NCBI RefSeq assembly: GCF_000315625.1
Contig: NW_005434667.1
Location: 859,061 to 923,060 of the forward strand
Direction of reading: 5' to 3'
Length of the DNA stretch: 64,000 nucleotides
Source of the DNA: Guillardia theta CCMP2712
Taxonomy: Eukaryota; Protista; Cryptophyta
The notes below the pieces were generated by a model. That model searched no databases and was not told the DNA's origin. It saw only the letters and a list, made by a program, of their open reading frames with translations. Numbering within the stretch: the stretch's first letter is position 1; each line of letters opens with the position of its first letter. Made by a program: the position numbers and the translations under genes. Below, piece by piece: positions 12,485-23,494 of the stretch.

Positions 12485-13840
12485 ATGTCAAAATCCGATT
12501 CGCCGGTGAGGGCAAGTGTGGTTTCTTCATTGTTGGCTCAATCGCCAACGACGGAGTATGTGGATAAGGAGTTGATAACAAAGGTGAGACTGTTTAAGCT
12601 GACGAGGGAGGAGTTTAGCTATATATGTGGAGATGAGAGAGCATTTGATATATGCATGAAGCTGATGGGCATGAACAAGAGACAGCTGAGGTCATTATGT
12701 AGGAGCATAGGGATACTATTTGAGGATGGATCGGGCGATTCGAGTGAGATTCATAGAAAGATAAATAAGAAGGGATATTCAGGATTATCATTGAGTAATC
12801 TGCCAGCAGATATGAAGGAACATATAATAAGAGAGTACATGAAGATAGTGGTTCCAAGATTATTGGATTGGATAGATTTAAAGAAGTTGGAATTTCCGTC
12901 GTTATTAGGGAATCCGAGTGAGGGCATGATATTACTGATAAAGAAGCATTTTAAGAGCAAGATAATGTTTATGACGAGATTATTGTATGATGATTCAATA
13001 GAGGATGATTATATAATTGATAAGATGACTGCAATAGAGAATCTAAATAAGAATCCGAGTGATGCGGCGATAAAGTTTTTGGATAAGTATTATGATTTGA
13101 TAAGGAGTGAAATTTTGATAGAGAACAAGAATGTGAGAAGTTTGAGATTATTTAATAAGCACCGTAATTGGGAGTCGAGTTCGGGTTCTGAGGAAGAAGG
13201 GTTAAGTTTGGATGATAAATTACCAACAACAGATATATTATCAAAATGTATTCATGATGAGATATTTGAGAAATATATAGAGAAGGACAATAGATATGTA
13301 AATCTAGGATACTTGTCAGGGAATACGAATGATCGAGCGATAAAGATAATAGAGTCATATAGAGATAGGGATTATAAGAAGAGTGAGAATAATAAGGTAG
13401 ATTGGAAGAAGTTATCGAGAAATCCATCGAATGCGGCAGTGAGATTTATGAGAAGGAATGAGAGTAAGATAGATTGGGCAGAATTAAGTGGGAATACTAA
13501 TACAGAAGCGGTAAGATTTATGATAAGTCATCCGAATAAGATATATTGGCCAGCGTTTATTTCGAATAGCAATGATGTAGCGGTGGATTACACTCTACGA
13601 CCAGAGAATAGAGCGCATATACTTGAAGTAGATGGTATGTTTTGTTTAAATTCGAATGAGAAGGCTGTAGATTGGTTGATAGAGAATAAGAGAAGACTGT
13701 CACCTTACGAATTACGTGTTTTGTCATGTAATTCAAATCCGCGAGTGATACCCTTATTGCTGGAGAGGAAAGCAGAGATAGATTGGAAACGTTTATCGTC
13801 AAATCCAATAATAATTGCTTATAGAGAGATGAGATGGTAA
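12485..13840 (+). CDS. F-box-like plus (I/V)DWxxLSxNP repeat protein (paralog of 19828-21153)
   Basis: LSLSNLPADMKEHIIREY (F-box-like); repeats VDWKKLSRNPS, IDWAELSGNTN, IDWKRLSSNP. N-terminus nearly identical to 19828-21153. Confidence 0.8.
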   Translation: MSKSDSPVRASVVSSLLAQSPTTEYVDKELITKVRLFKLTREEFSYICGDERAFDICMKLMGMNKRQLRSLCRSIGILFEDGSGDSSEIHRKINKKGYSGLSLSNLPADMKEHIIREYMKIVVPRLLDWIDLKKLEFPSLLGNPSEGMILLIKKHFKSKIMFMTRLLYDDSIEDDYIIDKMTAIENLNKNPSDAAIKFLDKYYDLIRSEILIENKNVRSLRLFNKHRNWESSSGSEEEGLSLDDKLPTTDILSKCIHDEIFEKYIEKDNRYVNLGYLSGNTNDRAIKIIESYRDRDYKKSENNKVDWKKLSRNPSNAAVRFMRRNESKIDWAELSGNTNTEAVRFMISHPNKIYWPAFISNSNDVAVDYTLRPENRAHILEVDGMFCLNSNEKAVDWLIENKRRLSPYELRVLSCNSNPRVIPLLLERKAEIDWKRLSSNPIIIAYREMRW

Positions 13841-13863
13841 ATGTGTGTTGTGAAAGGAGAGAA

Positions 13864-14628
13864 TTATTTTTGCCAAGAGATGTATTTATGATCGATATCG
13901 CTATAGCCGACGATTTGTGTGATGTATCTTTTGCCGTATCCATCGAAAGTGTAAGAGTGAGCATTTTTACCGAAGAAGATATACCAAGCCTCATCGATAA
14001 CGTTATTATTTCGGATATGAGTTTGGATAAGTTTATTAGTGCATGTGGTGGCGTGTTCGATCCATTTGGGTAGGACGGAGTGGGACATGATGTAGGCGGT
14101 GGTGTTCCAACTGATGAGAACTTTATTGATGATATCGTCAAATTTGGAGACCTTAAGGTTGGAGCCAGTGCCGAGCAATAAGAAGTGGTAGGATTGTATT
14201 CGATCGAAGAAGAGGCAGATGTGTTGATCGAGTTGTTGGAGTGGGACCTGGATATCGAAGTCATCTTCAAGGACGAGTATATTTTTGTAGCCGCGATCTT
14301 GCATGATCTGGGCGATAGCGATGTGTGATTTGCTGCAGCCGACAGTGTTTTGATCTCTTTTGGAGAGAGAGGGGTTGATATATTGGATAGCGGGGAATCG
14401 TTCAGTTTTAGAGAGAGTAGGGTCAATAATTTTTAATTGGCGAAGTGCATTTTGGTTGCGGTCGGTCCTGTGGTCAAGATTGATGTAGAAGATGCGGTCG
14501 ATTTTATTTAGGAAGTTGAGGGGTGTTTGTTGTGGTAGTTGTGTATGAATGTTTTTGAGGATGAACAATAGATTATCGATGGAGTTGTGGAGTGAATGAA
14601 AGAATTGATGAATGGATGGTTGAGGCAT
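13864..14628 (-). CDS. Glycosyltransferase family 25
   Basis: IFYINLDHRTDR, ERFPAI, GCSKSH and ILVLEDD are GT25 motifs. Confidence 0.88.
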   Translation of the reverse strand: MPQPSIHQFFHSLHNSIDNLLFILKNIHTQLPQQTPLNFLNKIDRIFYINLDHRTDRNQNALRQLKIIDPTLSKTERFPAIQYINPSLSKRDQNTVGCSKSHIAIAQIMQDRGYKNILVLEDDFDIQVPLQQLDQHICLFFDRIQSYHFLLLGTGSNLKVSKFDDIINKVLISWNTTAYIMSHSVLPKWIEHATTCTNKLIQTHIRNNNVIDEAWYIFFGKNAHSYTFDGYGKRYITQIVGYSDIDHKYISWQK

Positions 14629-14862
14629 GTATGTATGTTATGTATTCTAAAGGAAGAGGACAAAATGTTGTGTAGGGATCATGATGAAGGTTTGATTTGA
14701 TAGATATTGTAGGAGAGTTAAGAGTGTAGTGGTGTGGTGTATAGTGTATGGGAGTGTAAGGTGTGAAGAAGAAGTTTAAATAAGGGGATAAAGAGTTGGA
14801 GAGAATGTGGCTGTAAGGGATAAAGTATGGGATAGATAAAATAAAAGGGAGATGGAGAATAT

Positions 14863-15320
14863 GTATAGATCTAGTGAGGGCATGATAGTAACATGCTGCG
14901 CATGTTCGGCCAGTTTCGCTTCGCTCACAGGCCTTAGGCGACATTTATTATTTTTGTTTTAATTTTCTTACGAGAATGGTAAGGGAGATGAAGAATATGA
15001 ATATGAGAAGATTGATAGGGATATAGATAGATCTAGTGAGGGCATGATAGTAACATGCTGCGCATGTTCGGCCAGTTTCGCTTCGCTCACAGGCCTTAGC
15101 GACCCTTGTTAATTTCTGCTTAATGCTCTTACGAGAATGGTAAGGGAGATGAAGAATATGAATATGAGAAGATTGAGAGGGATGTTAGAGGGATATGTAT
15201 AGATCTAGTGAGGGCATGATAGTAACATGCTGCGCATGTTCGGCCAGTTTCGCTTCGCTCACAGGCCTTAGCGACCCTTGTTAATTTCTGCTTAATTCTC
15301 TTACGAGAATGGTAAGGAGA
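14863..15320. repeat. Three tandem ~160-172-bp repeats with GC-rich hairpins
   Basis: AGATCTAGTGAGGGCATGATAGTAACATGCTGCGCATGTTCGGCCAGTTTCGCTTCGCTCACAGGCCTTAG recurs at ~14867, ~15028 and ~15201. Confidence 0.92.
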
Positions 15321-15584
15321 AATATATAAAATATTTGTAGTATTTATAATAGATCAGAATAGAGTTAATGAAAGGAGGCAGATAATGAAGCAATTAAGGA
15401 TATTTGAACATTTTTTATGGTAATTTGGAATTTTGTATATTTTGGTCTTTAAACAAATCTATATAGATTTTTTGATGGTAGATTTTTTGATGGTTTTTCC
15501 AAAAAAACTCAAATTATGTACTTTGATTTTCCATTTTTGGTGGTAAATTGGAAATTGGTCTTTAAGGTCTTTAATACAAATACT

Positions 15585-17243
15585 ATAATACTTCCTGTAC
15601 CTTGATGATACTATCTTTAAATCTCCCCTCCTTCTCTCCTTGTAATAATCTATATCATCGTCTGTCATGTTCCCATCCATCATTATTATCTTGTCGGCCG
15701 TCTCAAACATCTTGTTCAATACATATATACACCTCAACCTTGTATTCTTGAATGTTGTCGCTGTATACAAATACTCCCTCAAACTCTTGAATTCATCCAA
15801 CACAATCGTATATCCCTTGAAATCACCACTCCACATCCTGCTTGAACAATCCTCATTCATCTGCTCCTTCACAAACTTATGCAAACTATTGCATGACACT
15901 ATCCAATTTGACTTCTTCTTTCCATCACACAATGACTTGAAAGAATCGTCCTCATAAGTCTTCACCCTCACACCAGCCTTCCCTAGATTGCTCTTTATGT
16001 CCGATATCAAATTCCTCAGATGTACCACAAATATAAAACATCTCTTGCTCTTCTTCAAGTAATCTATCACCGCTGTTGTCTTCCCCGTCCCTAATCCTGA
16101 TACTATGAATACATCCTTGTTATCCTCTAAACAAGATGACTCTATATGCTTATCCATCATCATCCTCTCGTGACTTAAAGAACCTAACTGATCCGTCACC
16201 TGTCTAAAACATCTTATCTGCTCATTGTTCAGGTTCTTGTTTACCGCACTCACCAGACAATTCGGATTCTTGTGTAGGCTTTTATCTCTCCCTATCGCAT
16301 CCATCTTCATGTCATTTAACACTTTCGAATACTCCGGATTTATACTACAATCTCCTTGCTTCGTCGTTGGCCTCTTGCTCCAGTTGTCAAATACATCCCT
16401 TATCCCCTTCTCATCATCCACTCTCCCTAATATACTCTGCAATGGCGTAAACCATCTCTTTCCCATCCTATAATCCTCATGTAAATTGTCTAATAATAAC
16501 TTTACATGCTCCTTTGATATGTCCCAATCCGCCATCTCATTGAACTTTATCATATTCATATTATTTATACTCTCATACTTCTTCAGCCTTATTGGCCTAG
16601 TTCCCTTCATGCGTTCCTTCACCTCCTTCTCATAAAACTCCTTAAAAGATCCTGGAACCTCTGATAACACATCTGACCTGAATATCACCGTCGGATTGTG
16701 ATACGGATATTCACATACATATGATATATTATCCAACAATTCTATCGTACTGTTCAACAACTTCTTGAACCCTTTCACGCTCTCAGCTTCCTTAAAGATG
16801 TACTGTTTCCCCTCACCTGACATTATCACCACCTGCGCCGCACTCTCCCACTCCTTCAATAACTCCTTCATCTCATCCGTCAATTCTATCTTGTATGTAT
16901 CATCATCTATTCTCAATGATTTTCCTATTATTCCTAACCCTGATATTGGTCTTGTTCTTATTACATTCATTGTATATGATAGTGGCTTGTTCCATCTCTT
17001 CCATGACACGCCATGCAATTTCTCTAAATCACCTAGAGCCTTCTTGTATCCTACTCCGTCTGTCCCTTTATAGATCCTCTTCGCATCCTTCAATGATTTG
17101 TATGGTCCTGTCAAACCCTCATACAACTCCTTCGACAATTCTAATGGTATCACCTTGAAACCCAATCCATCTAACCTCTTTGATAATTCTATCAAATTCT
17201 CCTTCCTCTCATTCTCTGTCCATATCGCATCTTTCAATAACAT
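15585..17243 (-). pseudogene. N-terminal half of a UL9/origin-binding-protein-like helicase (PriCT-2-like region, Walker A/B, motif III)
   Basis: SGLGTGKTT (Walker A), IVLDEFKS (Walker B), IIMMDGNM (motif III), upstream W..FDNWSKR..YS (PriCT-2-like). The tail after RYRKYY reads into non-coding AT-rich DNA. Confidence 0.82.
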
Positions 17244-17316
17244 CCCCTACACTCTTTCTATATATCATATGAACATTTCTTTATATGCTTTTTGACACAT
17301 CATTCATAAAAATAAA

Positions 17317-17649
17317 TTACTTCATCATCAATGCCTTCTCACGCTTTTGCTCTTGATACCTCTCTCGTCTCCTTGCCTTTATTCGCTCTCTCTTTTCAGG
17401 ATCCTCATACTGCTTCCTATTCATTTCTTTTACTCTCTCACGATAGTCCTCATCCATATTGTACCTTTTATTCTTGTACTTCCTTGATGATTCCAATATC
17501 CTCTTCCTAAACTCTTCATCCTCATGATACCTTCTCTTGTTGTACTCTGCTATGTACTCATATATCTCTTTTATGCTTCCATCTTCCTTCCGTCGTTGCA
17601 AATATTCCTTGTTATACAATCTCATCCACTCCTTCTCCTCATCCGACAT
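17317..17649 (-). CDS. Small charged hypothetical protein (110 aa)
   Basis: Repeated Y..RY..DEE(F/Y)R.R motifs. Co-oriented with and upstream of the helicase. Confidence 0.7.
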   Translation of the reverse strand: MSDEEKEWMRLYNKEYLQRRKEDGSIKEIYEYIAEYNKRRYHEDEEFRKRILESSRKYKNKRYNMDEDYRERVKEMNRKQYEDPEKRERIKARRRERYQEQKREKALMMK

Positions 17650-17784
17650 TCTCTCTTTCTATATTATCATATTACTCTTTATATCTCTTCAATTATACTC
17701 CTTCATTCTCAATCTTTCTCTTATACATATATTCTCCTTACCATCCTCATCTTACAACCCAACCAAGCCTCCATCATATAATGT

Positions 17785-17911
17785 GTGTCTCCACCCTGCC
17801 CCTTAATTAGAAATCGGTATATATATACCTAAAAAAATAAGACCCTCCCTGGAGACACACCTTCAACCCCCTATCATGTCCCCCCCCCCTACTTAGGGAG
17901 AGGTGGAGACA
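17785..17911. repeat. ~130-bp dispersed element, copy 3 (inverted)
   Basis: Reverse complement of 11737-11862. Confidence 0.92.
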
Positions 17912-18011
17912 TCATCAAAATTCTTACCGTCCTCATGTTAACTTTTTATTATTCATATTGAAATAAATACCATATCAATATAAGTATATCTTTCATATAT
18001 TCCAATAGCAA

Positions 18012-18986
18012 ATGATTGATCTATCTGTCCTACATGATGATATCTTGAATAACATCAAACATAAGTATAAGCTTGTCTCTAAATTGTACCAACTCATCTC
18101 CAACCATATCAGGTCTTTCAATAATCCCACTCACGCCATCCTCAATTATCTCTATTTCAGATATGATATATTAGATCCACATTACATCGAACTCTCCTTG
18201 CACGATCTTATTATCCTTACTATCCAATTCTCTTCAGACCTTACCTTTCTTTTTCCTGATTGGAAGTGTTTTGATCAGCCCCATCCTCTCCTTAAACAAC
18301 AAAAATCTAGAATTGTACTACTCAGACACACCCTCTATGGCCATATCAATGAGCTCTATCGGATACAATTCTGCTTCTTTAAGAAGTCTCATGATAGAAG
18401 ATTATGGGATTATTTTGAACTCTCTCAAGACCCATACATACAATCTCTCCCTTATAAACTATGGTTACCGGATAGTTGCTTCAAGTTCCATACATTCAAT
18501 CGTCTAGGTTATCGTGAGTTGTACATCCTTACTCGTAATGTTGATCTTGATACTATCAAGAGGGTTCATACTAAGAAACTCAAGAATGTCACTTACTTGC
18601 AGGATCAAGAAGAGTTCTTCATATATTGTGTATCCGACAAGGATGTCCATAAATATGGTTTCAAGCCTGTCCTATATGATGAAAAATACAAGGAGTGCAT
18701 CCTTTTGATATCTAAGAAGAACAAGTACAAGTTCTGGATTGAAGCCGATTTCTTTTTGGAACTATGGCTTCTGAGATCCTTTGAATTGACTTATGCTCAT
18801 TATCCTAGACAGAATGAAAAATTGAAATGCTATACCAAGATACATCCTGATATCTACTATGATATGGATCCTGAAATCAATCCTCTATTCTATGAATTCG
18901 ATATATGCAAGGAGGAGACCGCATATCAACACCTATGCATCTATGATCGATATCACGATTACTATCAACAGCATCATCTTACATAA
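18012..18986 (+). CDS. Hypothetical viral-like protein (324 aa), possible degenerate N-terminal F-box-like motif
   Basis: Long ATG-initiated ORF with N-terminus DLSVLHDDILNNI. Confidence 0.65.
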   Translation: MIDLSVLHDDILNNIKHKYKLVSKLYQLISNHIRSFNNPTHAILNYLYFRYDILDPHYIELSLHDLIILTIQFSSDLTFLFPDWKCFDQPHPLLKQQKSRIVLLRHTLYGHINELYRIQFCFFKKSHDRRLWDYFELSQDPYIQSLPYKLWLPDSCFKFHTFNRLGYRELYILTRNVDLDTIKRVHTKKLKNVTYLQDQEEFFIYCVSDKDVHKYGFKPVLYDEKYKECILLISKKNKYKFWIEADFFLELWLLRSFELTYAHYPRQNEKLKCYTKIHPDIYYDMDPEINPLFYEFDICKEETAYQHLCIYDRYHDYYQQHHLT

Positions 18987-19345
18987 CATTATTATCAAGC
19001 CATCATATCAGACACCATGCAATCCTCTACAATCCTACGCATAATCTCTTATATCATACCCTCTATAGACTATGTGAAAACGTGGTCTATAGAGTATATC
19101 ATATGCAGGTTTATGCATAGCATGGTGGTATATCGCATCATATACCATATCGTGTATTTGATTATCCATTTGTTACTATTGTAACCAATAAACCATCATA
19201 TCATAAAATATTATATACATGTTGTACCTTATATTGTGTCTGAATGTGTCTTAGCGTGTTTGGGTAGGATGGGTGAGTACTTCACATCTCCCAACTTGCT
19301 CTCCGGATAAATGGATAAAAGATATATCCATCCATCATTTGGTGT

Positions 19346-19690
19346 TTACATCTTCTCCACATATTCATGAAGTTGTCTCAATAGGGGTGATTGTTGGATT
19401 TGTGTCATCTGTAAGTGGTGTTCTTCGATGTTGAACATGATGTCATCATGGAGTCTGTCAGCAAGTTTGAGCAGGCTTTGGATCTTCTTGTTTGAGTTGG
19501 GAGTGGTGTTGATGGATCGGATGGTGTTGTTGATGTGAAGGATATCGAGATACCAATTGTAAACCTGATATGTCTTGTAGAGATTGTCGAGGGTGTTTTC
19601 ATTGTTGGTGTTGAGAGAGGAGAACTTGGTGTGGATGGTGTTGCGTGAGATGTTGTCGAGAGGGATATTGCAGAAGGGGTTCGTGAACAT
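19346..19690 (-). CDS. Hypothetical protein (probable start MFTNPF)
   Basis: ORF 19346-19702. An AAAAATGA motif at 19720-19727(-) lies 33 nt upstream of the ATG at 19690. Confidence 0.6.
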   Translation of the reverse strand: MFTNPFCNIPLDNISRNTIHTKFSSLNTNNENTLDNLYKTYQVYNWYLDILHINNTIRSINTTPNSNKKIQSLLKLADRLHDDIMFNIEEHHLQMTQIQQSPLLRQLHEYVEKM

Positions 19691-19827
19691 GTTTGGTGAC
19701 ATATCATTTTAAGAATTTTTCATTTTTCATAAATATACACATACTTCCCTACAAACTATGGATTATATATAAGGCCTTCACACAGCCAGCTTCACCATCT
19801 AGCTCATGAATAAATATACATCCAAAT

Positions 19828-21153
19828 CTAATCTCTATACTCAAATATTATTGGATTCGAGGATAAAAAATGCCAACGTATCTCTGACTTTCTCTCTCGC
19901 AATAAAAGTCTCACTCGAGGATTTGGATTGTTCGACAAATTCAGCATATAGATCTCTTTATTCGTCTTGTGCTCTATTAACCAATCTATCGCCTTGTCAT
20001 TCGGATTACAACACAATGCTCTCACATCTAAACGCCTATCGTTATTTAAAACAAAATCCACCGCTTCATCATTGCTATTTATACAAAAATTTATCCTATG
20101 GATATACTGTTGATTTCTTAGCAAAAATCTTACCGCTTCCGTATTCGTATTCATACTAAAAACACTTATAAATATCTTGCTCTCATTTCTTATCGTGAAT
20201 CTCACTGCCTCCGTATTCGTATTCTTACTGAAATTCATCCAATCTATCTTGCTTTCATTACCTATCATAAATCTCACTGCCGCATCCGATGGGTTCTTCG
20301 ATAATATCTTCCAATTCACCTCATTATGATCATCTATCTTATAATCTCTATCTCTATATGACTCTATTATCTTTATCGCTCTCTCATTCGTATTCCCTGA
20401 CAAGTACTCTAGATTTACATATCTATCGTCCCTCTCTAAATACTTATCAAATATCTCATCGTGGATACATTTCGATAAAACATCCGTCAATGGTAACATG
20501 CTCTTGCGCATCAATAATCTCAAACCTCTCACATTCTTGTTCTCTATCAAGTACTCCTCCACTATATACTCTGGATGCTTCCCCAAAAAATCTATCGCTG
20601 CATCACTCGGGTTCATATTTAGATTGCGCAATCCGGCACTCTGATCTCGTGGTTTAAATCTCAATAACTCCTCCAACTCTTCCTCAAAATGCTTCTCTAT
20701 CACGTTTATCATCCCCTCACTCGGATTCCCTAAAAGATCCACTAATATTAATTTCTCTGGATCTATCCAGTCCAACAATCTCGGTGGCATCATCCTCTTG
20801 TACTCTGTCACTATTCGCTCCTTCATCTCTGTTGGTAGCTTGCTCAATGATAATGTTAAGTTCTCCTTCCTAATTATCTTTCTATGTATCTCACTCGAGT
20901 TGTCCGACCCATTCTCGAATAGTATGCCTATGTTCCTACATAATGACCTCAGCTGTCTCTTGTTCATATCCATCAGCTTGATACATATCTTGAATGTTGT
21001 CTCATCCTCACATATATGGCTCAACTCCTCCCTCGTCAGTTTAAACAGTCTCACCCTCGATATCAACTCCTTATCAACATACTCTGTAGTCGGTTCTATT
21101 GCAATCAGTGATGACACCACATTTGCCTTCACCGGTGAATTACTCTTTGACAT
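19828..21153 (-). CDS. F-box-like plus (I/V)DWxxLSxNP repeat protein (paralog of 12485-13840)
   Basis: LSLSKLPTEMKERIVTEY; VNWKILSKNPS, IDWMNFSKNTN, IRWHFLSSNPIIF. Confidence 0.8.
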   Translation of the reverse strand: MSKSNSPVKANVVSSLIAIEPTTEYVDKELISRVRLFKLTREELSHICEDETTFKICIKLMDMNKRQLRSLCRNIGILFENGSDNSSEIHRKIIRKENLTLSLSKLPTEMKERIVTEYKRMMPPRLLDWIDPEKLILVDLLGNPSEGMINVIEKHFEEELEELLRFKPRDQSAGLRNLNMNPSDAAIDFLGKHPEYIVEEYLIENKNVRGLRLLMRKSMLPLTDVLSKCIHDEIFDKYLERDDRYVNLEYLSGNTNERAIKIIESYRDRDYKIDDHNEVNWKILSKNPSDAAVRFMIGNESKIDWMNFSKNTNTEAVRFTIRNESKIFISVFSMNTNTEAVRFLLRNQQYIHRINFCINSNDEAVDFVLNNDRRLDVRALCCNPNDKAIDWLIEHKTNKEIYMLNLSNNPNPRVRLLLRERKSEIRWHFLSSNPIIFEYRD

Positions 21154-21194
21154 TTACTCTTATCTTTTATCTACATTTTTACCTTAGAGTGAGC

Positions 21195-22035
21195 CTGTAC
21201 AAGAAAAAGCATTATGACTCCTGTCTTTTACATGACTACGTACAATACATCATATGACACCTATATATCTCTCTTCATATTACATACAAAATCCATTGTC
21301 ATCATCCAAGATATCACAACTATCATCTGTATAGTGCTCAAGAAGTAATCATAGAGAGTATCATATGGATCTTGTACCTGATATTGTGTATGTATGATAT
21401 AGGTCTAAGCAAGTCCCATATGATACATAAGGCCTTCACACAGCCTGTACTAGACGGTCATACAGCGCAGGCGCTTGCGCCAAGCGTCATCACTTAGGCC
21501 CTTTACACGACTACGTACAATACATCATATGACACCTCTATATCACTCTCTTCATATCACATACAAATCCATTGTAGTTATCTAATAAAGATATCACAAG
21601 CATCATGTGTATAATGCTCAAGAAGTAATCATAGAGAGTATGATATGGATCTTGTACAAGGTATTGTGTATGAAATATACAGGCCTTACATCAGTCTTAC
21701 GTCAGTCTGCATCCCTATTATACATAAGGCCTTAACACAAGCCGGTACCATAGCGAAGCGTCATGACTCCGGCCTTTACACCACCCGCGTACAATACCCC
21801 ACACCTCTCACATGCAGGTATATAACAATCATACACATCTCAGCATATCAAGAAGCAGTCATAGAGAATTACATATGGATCTTGTACGAGGTATTGTGTC
21901 TTATTCATATCGGCCTTTCCTCTGTCTTTACTTAAGTATTATATACGAATCCATTCTCATTATCTAATCAAGATATCATCTGTATGGTATTCAAGAAGTA
22001 ATTAAAGCGAATTACATATGGATCTTGTACCAAAA
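21195..22035. repeat. Four degenerate tandem ~140-280-bp non-coding repeats
   Basis: TCAAGAAG(T/C)A..CATAGAGA.T..CATATGGATCTTGTAC-like core at ~21338, ~21618, ~21849 and ~21991. TTTACA(T/C)GACTACGTACAATACATCATATGACACC at ~21226 and ~21502. Confidence 0.8.
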
Positions 22036-22043
22036 TATTATAT

Positions 22044-22577
22044 ATGTCTCTATGGGCATATAAAGGGGAGTGCGGAGGCGGCTCTATATGTCACCACCAT
22101 AGAAGAAGGAATCAATGTAAGGAGTGTGGAGGCAGCTCAATATGTGAACACAATCGACAAAGGTATTTATGCAAGGAGTGTGGAGGCAGCTCCCTATGTC
22201 ATCACAATAGACAAAGGCGCCAATGCAAGGAGTGTGGAGGCAGCTACATATGTAAGCATAGTAGATTACGAAGCGCATGCAAGGAGTGTGGAGGCGTTTC
22301 TGTATGTGAGCATCATAGAACAAGAAGCCAATGCAAGGAGTGTAGAGGTGGCTCTATATGCCAACACAACAGAATAAGAAGCATATGCAAGGAGTGTAGA
22401 GGTGGCTCTATATGTCAGCACAACAGGGTAAGGAGCCAATGCAAGGAGTGTGGAGGTGGCTCTATATGCATCCACAACAAACAAAGGAGTAAATGCAAGG
22501 ACTGCAAGATTGAAGACGAACAATGCAGTCACAAGAGAAGAAGGCTAGACTGTGAAGAGTGCATAAGATATTTGTAG
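22044..22577 (+). CDS. Cys/His-rich 18-aa repeat protein (CKECGGxxICxHxR zinc-finger-like repeats)
   Basis: About 9 tandem CKEC(G/R)GGSICxHxRxRSx units. Confidence 0.85.
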   Translation: MSLWAYKGECGGGSICHHHRRRNQCKECGGSSICEHNRQRYLCKECGGSSLCHHNRQRRQCKECGGSYICKHSRLRSACKECGGVSVCEHHRTRSQCKECRGGSICQHNRIRSICKECRGGSICQHNRVRSQCKECGGGSICIHNKQRSKCKDCKIEDEQCSHKRRRLDCEECIRYL

Positions 22578-22742
22578 CAAATAAGAGAAACAATTTTTTA
22601 TGCCATATCCGACCAAACTTGCTTAGATACAACACTCAATTAAAGATTCTTATTGCATTTATAGCACCACATAATATTGTTTTAATGTTCTTTATACGCT
22701 AAATAAAATATACTTGGAATATCAAATATTATTTTAATAGAC

Positions 22743-23426
22743 CTATTCATCATCCTTATCAGCTTCCTCAAGAAATGATATGAATGGCATGATACTCCTT
22801 ATTAGGTTTTGGCTGTATCTATTGTCTGTCTCAATCTGCACCATCTTATATCTATATACATACCATACATGATTGAGATCATCTATGCGTATACCATAGA
22901 GACGCAATAACACCCGTATCTTCTTGTTTGCATTCTTTTCATCATTCAATTTCTCCATACCAATCACATTTTTGTCTGTATCATTTATTATAAGATTAGT
23001 GTTGTTCCTTGATTCTATCCTATCACCCGTAATAATCCTTCTCTTAACAATCTTTCCAATATCAACCACTCCAGAATTATCTGCTGATTCATAGAAAAAT
23101 TCATCTTCGGATTCATCTGACAATGAATCAAAGAATACAATTCTCTGTCTCGTATGCTTCAGTCTGTTATAATTCTCAGCAATGATCTGATCAAATCTCT
23201 CCTCTATGTCCCTGATCTTTTGTTCAAACTGCTCTGATTTATCGTTTTTGTTCAGTATGATCGATATTGTATCCTTCTTTGATGGATCAAATCTTAGGAA
23301 TGGCGATTGTATCAATACCTTCTCTCCATCATACAATATAGACACCACACTATTGTTCCTTATTGTCCTTTTGGTTCCGATATTGAACTTTGATACATCT
23401 ATCGAGGAGAACTTTATAATATTCAT
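22743..23426 (-). CDS. NCLDV-type ssDNA-binding-protein-like (DUF2738-like) protein
   Basis: N-terminus MNIIKFSSIDVSKF...ILYDGEKVLIQSP and an acidic C-terminal tail (FLEEADKDDE) resemble NCLDV gp2.5-like SSBs. Confidence 0.5.
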   Translation of the reverse strand: MNIIKFSSIDVSKFNIGTKRTIRNNSVVSILYDGEKVLIQSPFLRFDPSKKDTISIILNKNDKSEQFEQKIRDIEERFDQIIAENYNRLKHTRQRIVFFDSLSDESEDEFFYESADNSGVVDIGKIVKRRIITGDRIESRNNTNLIINDTDKNVIGMEKLNDEKNANKKIRVLLRLYGIRIDDLNHVWYVYRYKMVQIETDNRYSQNLIRSIMPFISFLEEADKDDE

Positions 23427-23494
23427 TTGTATGTTCTAAGTAACAGCCTTATCATTTTTTGGTTAGAGTTTTACAAAGTTGTGTATCGATATAT

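Noticed and set aside
13557-14426. 289-aa Ser-rich minus-strand ORF
   Set aside because: Shadow frame overlapping the well-supported GT25 gene and the 12485 gene.
14863-15320. Possible CRISPR or guide array for Fanzor
   Set aside because: Whole units are duplicated with no variable spacers and no visible similarity to the omegaRNA scaffold.
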